The position numbers were made by a program, and so were the translations under genes. A DNA stretch of 64,000 bases from Lama guanicoe. Its lineage: Eukaryota. Shown here in pieces: positions 52,470 to 64,000 of the stretch; within the stretch, counting starts at the first letter, position 1, and each line of letters starts with the position of its first letter. Below the pieces are notes generated by a model. That model was not told where the DNA came from. It made no database searches and was given only the letters and a program-made list of their open reading frames with translations. The stretch spans positions 620,001 through 684,000 of the forward strand of contig MU053645.1 of assembly GCA_013239625.1 (NCBI GenBank). Direction: 5' to 3'.

Positions 52470-52670
52470 GGTTCTGCTACTTATCACCTGGGAGTTCTTG
52501 GCAAGTTATTTAACCTCTCTATTCTTTTCTTGTCCATCTAAATAACAAGGAGGATAATAACAAAAAACTCTATCTTATAGGGCTGCTGTAAGAATTAGAC
52601 ATATTAAAATGCATACAAAGTATGCTGGCTAACATATAGTAAGTAATCAATAAATGTTGTCTATTAATAG
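52470..52670 (+). mobile_element. MIR SINE
   Basis: tctgctacttatcacc...cttggcaagttatttaacctctct...catatagtaagtaatcaataaatgttgtctatta. Confidence 0.8.
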
Positions 52671-52954
52671 AAAATGTTTCCTATCTCCTTTCCCCAAATC
52701 AAACATCATCTGTATATCACTGTCTCTGTAGTGTGTGAGCAAGTCTACACACAACTTGCTTCATTAATATGAATGCATTACGCCTTTCTATCTTTGGTTT
52801 CCTGACCTTCATGTTTTCAGCACTATGACATAAAGCAATGATGGATACATGGGAAAGTGGGAGCTGAGACTAATGGCAGAAATAAAGTCTCTGGTGAGGT
52901 AGCATACACAGTAAAGAATAAACCTAGGAAGGAACAAGAGACAAGTATGTATGT

Positions 52955-53285
52955 AGGAGTCTGACAGATTTTGGTTCAACTTCTAAACCTAATAATTCCT
53001 GGCTGTGTGACCTTGAGTAAGTCACCGGTCAATTCTATCTTTACTCCCTAATTTGTAAATTAGGGATAATAGCTACCAATCTTATAAGGTTGTTGTGAGG
53101 TAATTAATGTAAAAACACTTGGAAAATAAACTGTGAGCTCCCCAAGGGTAGACTTCTGTCTTGTTTATTGCTATATTGCTTCCTAGATAGCACTTAGGCC
53201 ATAGTAGGCACTCAATAAATAGATGTGCATGAGTAAAGTTCCTAGCACATAATGGGTACTTGGTAAATTATAACCACTATTATTA
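52955..53285 (+). mobile_element. MIR SINE, apparently split by a short L2 3' end (about 53128-53235)
   Basis: ggctgtgtgaccttgagtaagtca...ggttgttgtgagg | aaactgtgagctccccaagggtagac...tagtaggcactcaataaata | cctagcacataatgggtacttggtaaa. Confidence 0.65.
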
Positions 53286-54384
53286 TTCATCCCCTTTCCC
53301 CTCTGTACCTGTTGCATTCGTATGAACTCTGAAGAATGCAGTGAAATCAGAGAATTCTCAGTAGTTTCAGAGTTGGGGATGGTAATCTGTACTGTCAAGT
53401 CAATAAAGAAGCCAATCAATACAAAGGAGACCTTTGTGTGTTACCTGTCTATAAGTCTCTAATTGCATTTTCATTCATCTTCTAAGAAGTGTTTTCTCTC
53501 TTTGACTAGAACAGGTCAATATCAAAATCAGGTCTAGGGAAATTCCACCGTGGAGACTGTGATGGACTCAAGACAGGATGACTGTATTTCTTTGCTTCGG
53601 AATGGAGAGACCTATGGAACAGGAAGCTGTGAAACTGGGTTAAAAATCCGACTTTGCCACAAGCTGCTTCTGTCAAACTTGCCAATTCCTTACCCCTCCA
53701 TGGGCCTCAGTTTCCTCATCTTCTCACAGGACAAACCACAAGTCACTGTCTTCACTTCAAGCACAATTATTGTGTAAAAAAAAATTACATTTAAGCTCTC
53801 AAACTCTGAAATTCTCTCTGACCACAACTTCCTATTTTTCTACCCTCCTTATTAGCCACTCTCCCTGAGCAAGAAAGGAAGCATGATGGAGTGCATTGCA
53901 CCTCAAGACTTTCAGCAACAAGGGAATTTTATTTTTCCTTCATGTTCTCCTAAGGTTTTAAAACAGAATCTCCTCAATCAACTGCATTTATTATATAAAA
54001 TTCACTTTCCCCATTTCTGTTCATTAAAGACATATATTGCTACCAATCAGTTTCTCATCAGCATGAGATAGTCAGTATTACCAAAATGAGCTGATATAAT
54101 TTCAGGCAAAAGCAAAGAAACTTGACATTTTAGTCAGGTTGTGTAATTTATCACAAGTAAATGAATGCTCTCTGTTAGGCTTCTTTCAAATATTGAAAAT
54201 GACTCATAGATTCTCATTATTACCTTCACAGATCCCCCCAGGGAGAGGGTGTGGGCAGAAAAGTCAGGCTGGGAATTACTGGTATAAGGGAAGAATACTG
54301 GATTCTAATAAATGACAAAGAACCATAGAACCTCAGTTTTGACTTTCTATTAAGAGAAAAATATCTCACACACTACCTCCTAGC

Positions 54385-54615
54385 TACTGTTTTTGAGTAC
54401 GTCCTACGTTTAAGTCACATTTCTAAGAGCGTTATATATGTAATCTTGTTTAAACCTTATAGCCATCTTGTGATTTTATCCCCATTTTACAAATGAGAAA
54501 ATTAAGGCTTAAGTGGCCAAGTGAGTATCCAAGATTATACCACTTGTAAATGGCAGATCTAGGGTATAAACCCAGGTTTGTTTGAGTCCGAAGTCATTCT
54601 CTTAATAACTCTGTC
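54385..54615 (-). mobile_element. MIR SINE
   Basis: ttatccccattttacaaatgagaaaattaaggctta...gtaaatggcagatctagggtataaacccagg. Confidence 0.8.
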
Positions 54616-55169
54616 ATATATCCTAGAAATAAGTGATATCAAAGCACTTTGCAGATTAAGCATTATACACATACAAGGGACAGCTGCTATTGGCATCCGT
54701 GGAAGAATTCTATTTCTATGACCCCTCCTTTTGCTCTCAGTCCATCATCTCCCTTTTAGCTTCACTGTCTACCACTCCAACATATATATACCTATTGGCT
54801 AGCTACTTCAAAAAAAAAAAAAAAGCTTCAAAGGTTGACTTTCCGCCATGTTTATTTTGTCAATGACAAATACTGAGTAATATCCAGGATGGAGAAAGTC
54901 CACAAAACAGGCAGAGTCATTCCCATGACCCCTATTTCTGCCTATCAAAGCCTAATCTCTCAAGACCACTCCTTCTATGAAGCTACTTATGTTATCATCC
55001 ACTGATATGATAGCTCCTTACTTTGAATCCTATAACATTTTATTTGCAATCCTCTTCTGAAGTTACTGATATCATTCTGCTTTCTCTCATAGCTTTTTTT
55101 CTTTAACAGTTTCAACCTGAACAAAATACTGGAAACTTCCTGGGGGCACAAACTGTTTTACTCACTGGA

Positions 55170-55320
55170 TGGGACCATATTGTGGCTGAAAGGGATCTTA
55201 GAGATCATCAAATCCAGCCCTTGGGCCACAAAACAGGTAATGAATCTCTAAATCACATAACTAGTAAGTGGCAGAGCTGGGATTAGAAAGCAAATCTCCT
55301 GACTCTAAGACCAATGGACT
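55170..55320 (-). mobile_element. MIR3-like fragment
   Basis: gctgaaagggatcttagagatcatcaaatccagcc...tcacataactagtaagtggcagagctgggattagaa. Confidence 0.7.
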
Positions 55321-56596
55321 GCCTACTGTGATCCTTTGCACATACTAGCTATTGAAGAAATATTGGTTGACTAGAATAGAAAATTGAACAGAACAGTCCA
55401 TTTGGAAGAAGCTGATGTATTTTGTACTTTATTAAATGTTACAGCATATGCTCCTAGTTGGTGAACATATTACAAGGAATAGGAGGTAAATGACTGACTG
55501 AAACACTTATTTGGATGAAAAAAAATTCACTAAATGTTTTACAGTTCGGATACAAAATCTGTTACTGGAATGTCATTTTTTCCCCATCCCCTGCTTTCAT
55601 CTTAACTAAATGTACTCTCTAAAAGCTGCTCATTCATTCTGTTATCACAACACATGGTCTAAAATTTTGGCTATCTAACACAGCATGCTTTCTTCCAAAT
55701 GTATTTTACCCCATTTTATCACTGTATCATTTTACTCAAATGAGTATATTAGCACAAGGAAGCCAATGGCCTACCAAAATACTGGATTCTAATCTGTACC
55801 TCTTCCATCTTTCAAAAGTCCCCAGATTCCAAGTTTGGAAATACAACTGAAAGACATAGGTAAAATACAGCATTCGTCATAAAGTGAAAATGATGATTCC
55901 TGTCTTCTCTCAAACCTTTACCCTATCTCCATATATAATATTTTAAACTTCAAGAATCTGCCTCCCACTAAAAGCCTCAAAGATTAGCAGTTTAACTGAC
56001 ATCAGCCTCCTCTCTTATTATTTCTTCTCTTTTGCTTCTCTAAAACGAGGACTTTCTTTTCCAATCAGCAGTTTACAGTGGAACAAGTTGAATGCAAGCC
56101 CTACTGAAAATGCATTAGAGTAGTCATGCCACTGCATCCATACAGTGTAGAATAACTCAGATCTGTGCACTTTAGAAAAGCTATCATTCAGTTTCTCTGA
56201 GGTCAAAGTAGCCTTGACACAGCGAAATATCATTTCAATTTCTAGTTTGATTTTGTCAGATTCGCTTACTTGTTATAAAGCTGTTTCTCTGTGAGGAAAG
56301 TAGCCTTATAGTCTTCAAAAGTTTTCCATGGTCTTCAAATTTGAGGTTAAGCCTCAGATGTCCCAGAAGTGCAGGCCGTATTCCCCATGTGGACTTCTTC
56401 TGATGGAGAGGATCACTTCACTGGCCTATACACACAGCCTACTGCCATTCTCACAGTCTCCTTGTCTATACTGAGCACCTGAGTTCACGTTAGGGCTCCT
56501 TTTCCTGTGTATCCAATTCCTGCGTTTCTGTAATTATTTCATATGTATAAATCTGGTCCGAAATACAAAGAAAACTTGTGTGAGCAGGAATTTTCT

Positions 56597-56598
<2 letters not shown>

Positions 56599-56650
<52 letters not shown>

Positions 56651-56686
56651 TATACACATATATATATATATATACACACACACACA
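56599..56686. repeat. (TA)n(CA)n compound microsatellite
   Basis: Directly visible. Confidence 0.95.
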
Positions 56687-57039
56687 ACAGTGTCTAGTAC
56701 AGTACTGAATAGAGAGTAAGCCTTCATAAATACTTAAAGAATTAAACTGATAGATTTTTCCTAACTGGCATAATTGTCAAATATCAAGAAAAAGATCATA
56801 TTAAGAAATGGTCAATCCAATCTGGCGAATTCATCCACTGAGAAATTGAATAATTAAGATTCTCTGAGCATTCTCTCTGTCTCTCTCTCCCTCTCTTTCT
56901 CCCTCTTGCACACATACACAAACATACATCTAACTAAATGTCCTAGATGGGGATGGGATTTGTTATTTGCAATAGTTTAAAAAGATGATTTGCTCAATCT
57001 GGGCTGAAAGAAAATCATCTCTAAAATATATTGTGAAGT

Positions 57040-57345
57040 GAGGAGGGGAGAGTGTGACACAAGGTATAGAACCTCATGTCAAGTTTACCCCCGTTTATTT
57101 GAAAGGAGGAAAGGGATAAATAGACAACATAGACACACTCTCCAAGCTTGTATGGTAATAGAAATTTGCGGGAAATTTAGAAAAAAATCTGTTAAGAGTA
57201 ATTGCCTCTCAGAGGCAAGACTGATCATATGGAGTGGGAGACAGACTTACTTTTGTTACATATAATATTGTACTGCTTGAACATTTTATTCCCTTTACAT
57301 ATGCATTCATTTTTCAATTAACAAAACTAATTAATTAAAAAATTT
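57040..57345 (+). mobile_element. Very old L1 (L1ME-like) 3' remnant
   Basis: ctgttaagagtaattgcctct...ggagtgggagacagacttacttttg...tgtactgcttgaacatttt. Confidence 0.5.
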
Positions 57346-59084
57346 TGATATATTAATGTATCAAATGACTAATGGTATAACTGATTTGCCATTTTTGCTC
57401 ACTGTTTGACAATCAACATATAGACTGTTCAACAAGACAAAATTACTGCAAATTTTACCTTAAGAATTCTCTATAGTTGATGGTCTAAAACAGGACATTT
57501 AAAACTAAAAAAAAAAAAAAACTCTGTAATCAATATCTAGTTTCTCTTTCACACACCTATTTCTATTATCCTGATATGACTTGAAGAAGAATGGCTGAAA
57601 TACTTATTTTTTAAAAATATCCAGACTAGAAACTTTTCAGCAGCTCTTTCAGAGTAGTGATAATTTCTGAAAAAAAAGTCTAAGAGTTTATCTTCTACCA
57701 TGAAGAACAACAAAATCTCAGGTAATCTGAGAAATGCTGAGTAGCAGACTCAAAAGCATCAGAGTAAGGTAGCTGCTATTTTTCAGCTGATCGAAGCCAG
57801 AGCAGCAGAAAAAAGGATTTTCTTCAGTAAAGATTGAAAAATAGGTTAATATAAAATCTTCATGACTGGAGACAAATTTTATATTTCTTACAGCAGGGAG
57901 AAGGAATAATACTTGCCAGGGGGAAGAGTAAATCTCTCAAAGTAAACATGTGAAGCATGACTTGGGGGAGTACTTGGCCTAATTTGTGAACACTCTTTAT
58001 CAGTGGGCCACAAAGAGCATGTTAAGGCTACAGGTAGAGACTTCAACTTGCTAGGACCAGCTCGCCTCAGTAAGTGCACTGTCTGTATGAACTGGGGCAT
58101 CTGACATCTGAGCAGCAGGTTAGGAACTTTTAATTTTTTCTTCAGCACTGAGGCCTGATTTCTTTAAGTCATCTAAACTACACTGCCCAGTTCCCATGTG
58201 TCTGAAGTCTTCCTAGAAAGCTGGGTGGGGTTACTGGCATAAACTGGAATGTCAGATGGAGCCAAACTACACAGCCCACATGCAGATCTTGTCTAGTTAA
58301 GACGTAATTATTAAGAGCTTACTGTAGGAAATGTTGTGGGGAGAAAGGGGAGGGAAAACCACAAAAGAAGACATGAGCCCTGGTTTCAAAAGGTTTCAAA
58401 AAGGTTATGAAACAGTTGGCAAGAATTGTGCACATGTACTAGAGAATAATAAAAGTCATTATGTAACCAAGTGCTAAGTTATAAAGAACAGATTATAAAT
58501 GTTATAATTCAAATCACTAGTGATTTATTTCAACAAACTGAACTAACTTCTCACATCTCATAAAGGAGGGCAGATGTCACTTATTTCAAAAGCAAGCAAT
58601 GTGACAAAAAACAGTTAACATATTTCCAAATACTGAAACAAAAGGTGTTTATGCCCATCTCAGTCTATTAGAAAACTAACTTGAACCTTCATTCCCTGAA
58701 CAGTCTATCTTTATTGAATTGAAATAAGGAAAAAGAATAAATAATATTAATGTATCATCATTACTGTAAAAATTCTTATTCTAAACACATCTATCTGTCT
58801 ATCAATGTATCTATTTACTATCAACCTACCTACCTATTTGAGAGGATTGTCTGGAAAAATATACATCAAATGTTAACTGTGGCTGACTCTGGCTGGTGGG
58901 TCTACAAATGGTTATTATTTTTATCTTCTAATTTTCCTAAAATAAAAATTTATTTTCTGCAAAATAATCAGAATTTCCAAATTCACACACTCTAGGAGGC
59001 AGACAGACAACATAAATGAATGAATGAGCCAAAGGTATAAGAAAAGAGGGAAGAGCAGTGACTTGTATAACCTGGAGAATATAT

Positions 59085-59280
59085 TCTTTTGAAAGGAGGT
59101 AGCTGCTACTCAGCTCTAGCAGTGATTGATATAAAGGTATTTAAGAGAGTCTGGAAATAGAGATTTTATGTGACTTTTAGATTTTTAAATGTTGGCAACT
59201 AATTCAAATTTTGAAAATACTGGAGGTAAAAGAAAAAAAAGATATTTGGGCCCATACCTGCTCAATTCACCACTTTTGAA
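59085..59280. mobile_element. MER102-like hAT-Charlie fragment
   Basis: gctgctactcagctc...atttttaaatgttggcaactaattcaaattttgaaaatactg. Confidence 0.6.
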
Positions 59281-60199
59281 ATGAAGAGACACATTGCAAA
59301 TCTGATATATATATCAGTTCGTGGTGCTACAGCCAGTTTCACAGAGAACACCTAAAGGTCTTTTGTAGGAGACTTAAATTTACATAGAGAAAAATTCAGT
59401 GATGTCATGTGATTAACAAACACAAACACTCTGAACAATTAAAAATGGGTTATTGAGGCTGTCATGAGATTGATAAGTTTGACAGGAAGGAAACAGTGGG
59501 AAGTCATTTAGTAGTTGGGTTTCATAGGGAGATTTGGCATGCCTTGGGAAAACGGATAGGGTAAGAGAGAAGTCAGGTAAGCTGAAATCCAAGGACAGGG
59601 AGAACAGTTCAAGTTCTAGGTATGTGCTCATTGGATGAAGTGGAATTGATTGCCTGAGGGTAGCATTCTAAATGAGAGGGCAGGAAGAGGTTAGGAATAA
59701 TGAATGGGTATCATTCAACTTTTGGAAAGTATTTCTGGTAAAGAAAATTATTATTTCAACTGTAGAATCATATATTGGAGACTTACTTATATTCAAATTC
59801 AGATTCTTCAAATCATCAATAATTATGCTTGCCAATTCAACTCTATTCTTGTTTCTTTATAATCTCTGGTATTAAGGTTTTAAGGTATTAAGGTATTAAG
59901 GCAAGGTTTAAAATTGAAAAAGTCATTTCCTAATAAAATCTTACTCCATAAGCATTTATTGTGACTCCCCACAAGAAATATATAGTGTTTCTTTTCATTG
60001 AAAGGTCAAAGTAATAGCCATGATCCAATCACTGTCCCTTTCCAACAGCCAGAAATAGAAGACCCCTAGAAAAAGTCTCGATGCATTTCCTATAAAGGGT
60101 TAATATTGATTATAGCAGAAGTTAGTCTTGAGTCCCTCTGGCTGCTGAGTTCTGCCACTGAGCAGATTATGTGGCAGCAGCAACAACTGTCCTTCAGAG

Positions 60200-60360
60200 A
60201 AGTGACACTGGAGTCGGGCAAATTTGGGTTTGAATCCTGGTTGGTGCTAGTGACCTACTGCGGGCAAGTCAATCAATCCTTTGTCTCTCTGTTTTCTTAC
60301 TAATAAAATGAGGAGATAATAGTACCCACTTCATAAGTTTGCTGTGGGGATCAAAATGGT
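60200..60360 (+). mobile_element. MIR SINE
   Basis: ctggagtcgggcaaatttgggtttgaatcctgg...aaaatgaggagataatagtacccacttcataag. Confidence 0.8.
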
Positions 60361-61029
60361 ACTTACCAGTATACATATAATGACAATGATTTTTTTTTCC
60401 TTATTCCCACTAGCATTAAAACTGACTAGTCTAATTTTCATTTTCCTGAGGGCATTGCTCTCCAGTAGGAATGGGTTAATAGCATGCCAGTGTGTGTGCA
60501 TGCATATTCAAAAAGCCTTTAAAAGTTAATGTTAATGATGAAATTGTATTCCAGGCTTGTGGAAAAACATTTAAGTTTGAGGAGGTCTTTTGATGCCCCT
60601 CAAGGCTTTTCCAACCAGGCATGTTCAGTTAGCCTTTAAGTCGGATTGCACCTATGGAAATAATTAACAATCATGCTGAAACAATGATGATGATAATTAT
60701 ACTAATAAACTGCTACAACTAATAACGTTATTGTTAATAGTAACAGTGGACAATTGACATTGAGCACTGATTATGGATAGGACATTGTACTAAAGACTTT
60801 CCATGGATTGTCTCAGTTAATGCTCATAATAACTAACCTTATGAGGTTGATACAGCTAAGAACTTCAAATAAGGCAAATTAATTTTAGCAAGGCTAACTA
60901 GTATCTAAGAAACTATATGTCTAGCATCACAGGCTTGGATTATATATGAAATTAATCTATCTTCAAAGCTTATGATCTTATTAGTCTCATTTCATGGATA
61001 AGAAAGCTTAAAGGAAAACACAATAAACC

Positions 61030-61205
61030 AGGAGCCAGGAAAACTGGCCTTTGGTTCTAATTCTGCCCTATTTACTACCCACGTGAGCTTGTACAAGTTA
61101 CTCAACTTCTCTTAGCCTCATTTTTCCTAACTATAAAAATGGAAATAAGAGTCAAGGATTTTTGTGAGAACTAAACTTTAATGCCAACTATTATTATTGT
61201 TATTA
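61030..61205 (+). mobile_element. MIR SINE
   Basis: gtgagcttgtacaagttactcaacttctcttagcctcatttttcctaactataaaaatgg. Confidence 0.75.
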
Positions 61206-61470
61206 TCATTCTTGTATTGATTATCTGTTTACAGTAGAGTCTCAGGATCATGAGAAGAGGAATCACTACTCACTGGGAAAGGCTGAAGATGGAGACAGGA
61301 AAAATGTAGAGCAATCGTATATGTATGGGATCTAAGCCATGTCAGAAGTTGTTGATTCTCTTTCTAGTAGCTCTGAAATAAGTTTGATTTCTAATGATTT
61401 AGTGATGAAAAAGTTGTGGCTAATTGAGATTCACAATGCTTTGGATATTGATTAATGAAGATTTTACTAA

Positions 61471-62022
61471 TGAAGAGGATCAGAATATGCCACCATGTTT
61501 TGACATGCCAATTTGGCACAGGGATTATTTTGAACTAAAGAAAATTAAGAAACAGCAGACACATGAGGAACTCTCTGCCCTCCCCCTTTCTGACTGAAAG
61601 TAAGGGGTATATACATATATCCCTTTGTGAAACTGTCCTCCCTTCTCCCATACCAGGAGGAAGAGAATGACACTTAGCACAGGAGATGGAAAGTCAGTAC
61701 CAAGATGAGTCTGCATTTTAAAAAAACTTAAAAAATAACCCTTTTATTCTGTTAGATTCCTTGTATATTTACCTTTTGATAATTGACTGCCCTACTAGCC
61801 CAAACCCCATCTATTTTTTCTTGTCACTTCTCCACAAAGTATTACCGTTTGTTAAAGTGGTATGTAAGTTCTCATGCCTAACTACTTCTTTGGGTTTTCT
61901 TTTCTGTGTGTGTGCATGCAAAATAAACCTTTTCTCCTGTTCACCTGTCTTCTGTCAGTTTAGTTCATAAGCTCCAGGCACTGAACCCAAAAGGGTAGAT
62001 GAAAAGTTCCTCCTTTCTTACA
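61471..62022 (+). mobile_element. ERV1 solo LTR (MER34A-like), full length
   Basis: TG...CA termini, start tgaagaggatcagaatatgccacc...ggattattttgaactaaag, AATAAA at 61922-61927, end gaacccaaaagggtagatgaaaagttcctcctttcttaca. 4-bp flanks CTAA/TTAA. Confidence 0.85.
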
Positions 62023-63197
62023 TTAATTTGGTGGCATTTGAATGGTGAGAATTAAAACCCTACAAATCCCAATGTTGGTTTAGTCCTGACTTTTCAGCTG
62101 GAACTCATCCTGAACAAAGTAAATAACTAGTTCAGTGCTGTAAATCAAATTGACTATTACCTAAATAAAATGTTTTGTTTTTGTTTTTGTTTTTATGACT
62201 GATAACCTTCCTGATTCCACAAGATATTTGCTGGAGAGTTGGCATTTTAGTGAGATAACAGACCTGTGTATTCAAAATATTTTCCTACATTGATGACACT
62301 GTACGGTCATTTATTGTTGAGGATAAAACCTGTTGTCTCTTAGGAGTAGAGTTTGAAAAAATTCCTACCCCTTCAGGCTGTGAGGAGGAAAAAAAAGCTA
62401 GACTCCCACGTGGTCTATTATAGAGAAAAGTTGTAAAATATGTCTTAAAACTTTATTATCTACTTTAATTGAGAGAATTATATAATTCCATCAATCTCCT
62501 GCATGAGAAAACGTATTAGTTTGGAGTAAAAACAGTGCCTTTCCCTTTTAAATTAAATGGAACTCTTGAACAGAAGCTGTGAGTTTTATCACACTGAATT
62601 ATGAAGCAAAAAGCACCCAACCCCTTCACATTTTCAAGGATTCCAGCAAAGACTGGAGAATGATGAAAATGCTACAGCAGGGGAACGATTCTGTTTCACA
62701 TTTGCTAAAGCAAAGAAGACAAGGATATGTGTTAATTGTAAGCTGAAAAGCTTTAAAGACATTCTGAAGATCAATGAGAATCTTACGTAATTGTTTTTGA
62801 ACAGATGATTATGTGTCTGGTGATAAAGGAATTCAGTAAATGACATTATTGTTTAGCAGTCAGTAGAGTAATTACATACTCAGTAAAGGCCTGAAGTGTT
62901 CAAAGTGCAAAAGAGCGGATGGATTCCATATAAAAGAGAGTCCCATGTGGAGGGTGGCAAACTTTATTCCAGAAGATTTAGACTGCTACATTCAAGTATC
63001 TCAAAAGCCAAGGTAGGGTTCTATATGAGGAAAGATCTTCCAGGGATCTTAAAGAGTCATGTAACCTATTTATCTTGCTTCTACGTAGAACTACAGTAAA
63101 GCACTCAGTAGGAAGTGAAAAAATTCATGGAAATTATTTCTCCAACTTCCCTTGGAGATCTATCAAGGAATGAGACCAGAGGGATGGTTTAAAGCAC

Positions 63198-63759
63198 AGC
63201 TTAGTGGTTTAAAACAATACAAGTTGATAATATCATAGTTTCCATGGATCAAGAGTCCAGGTACAACTTAGTTAGATCCACTGCTCCCAGGTCTCACCAG
63301 GGTGCAGTCCGGGCGTGGCTGGGGCTGCAGTCCCATCAGAGTCTGACCAAGGAAATACCTCTTTCCAAGTTAATCTGTTTATTGTTGGAACAGCTTATTC
63401 TCATGTGTCTATAGTACTCAAGTCCCATTTCCTTGATGGCTATCATTCAAGGGCCACTCTCTGCTTCTAGAAGTAGCAAGCTATTCCTTACCACGTGGTT
63501 CTTCTCTGTAGGCCCTCTCAAAACACGGCCACTTCTGCAAAGCTAGCAACGGAGAGTCTCCTACGGTAGTTTGCAAAGACGGAATCTTATATAACAATGT
63601 GTTATACAACCACAGTGTCATTCCATCACCTTTGCTATATTCTGTTGGTTAGAAGTAAGTTGCAAGCGTGACCACACTCAGGCGAATGGGGTTACACAGT
63701 GATGTGAGCATTTGGCTGTGGGAAATCATTGGGGGTTACCTCAGGATCTGTCTGCCACA
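63198..63759 (-). mobile_element. MaLR LTR (MLT1E/F-like)
   Basis: cttagtggtttaaaacaatac...catcacctttgctatattctgttggttagaagtaagt...tcattgggggttacctcaggatctgtctgccaca. Confidence 0.8.
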
Positions 63760-64000
63760 GAGAGGACAAAATTTCTCTCCTGTCTCTCCTGAACCTCTAG
63801 CTAGTTTTTATCTTACAGGAACTACATATTGAACAACTGATCATTTCCTGGGTTCTTTCAATTGTTTCTAGAAATATCAGAGCTAAATGTGACCTTCCCC
63901 TAGCTAACTGTGCAGAATCTTACCGCATACAGTTTAGGCAGTTTTACCCTAATATTATCATATATTATTCCTCCTCCTGTTGTTATTTACTCCTAATTTC

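Noticed and set aside
22370..54210. Scattered AP-1 (TGACTCA/TGAGTCA) sites
   Set aside because: A 7-mer is expected several times in 64 kb and no convincing cluster is visible.
62639..62737. 99-nt + strand open segment ending at gtaagc
   Set aside because: Weak AAG acceptor and an unrecognised peptide.
1..64000. CRISPR array, operon, prophage or defence-type system; known miRNA, snoRNA, tRNA or numt
   Set aside because: No regularly spaced repeats, no long ORFs, and none of the RNA or mitochondrial sequences I can recall were seen. An Rfam/Infernal scan would be needed to exclude small RNAs.

Overview
AT-rich, CpG-depleted eutherian genomic DNA, most likely camelid (Camelus/Vicugna/Lama), judged from a camelid-type tRNA-derived SINE and young L1 3' ends. 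It reads as a long intron or intergenic region full of interspersed repeats: old L1MB/L1MD-type and younger L1s, many L2 and MIR fragments, an L3 remnant, hAT DNA transposons (MER33, MER5, MER58, MER94, MER102-like), MaLR and ERV1 solo LTRs, and microsatellites. I recognise no protein-coding exon, functional RNA gene, CRISPR array or prokaryotic system; the listed ORFs are chance frames or decayed L1 fragments. Repeat family names come from recalled consensus sequences, not a search, and boundaries of old elements are approximate. Two structures stand out. (1) At 1841-2408, a TSD-flanked chimeric retrocopy: an antisense fragment of the 5S rRNA 5' end joined to the 3' end of an ERV RNA (PPT-U3-R-polyA). 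(2) At 51233-51370, a 138-bp segment copied from 816 bp upstream into a (TA)n microsatellite inside a younger L1.
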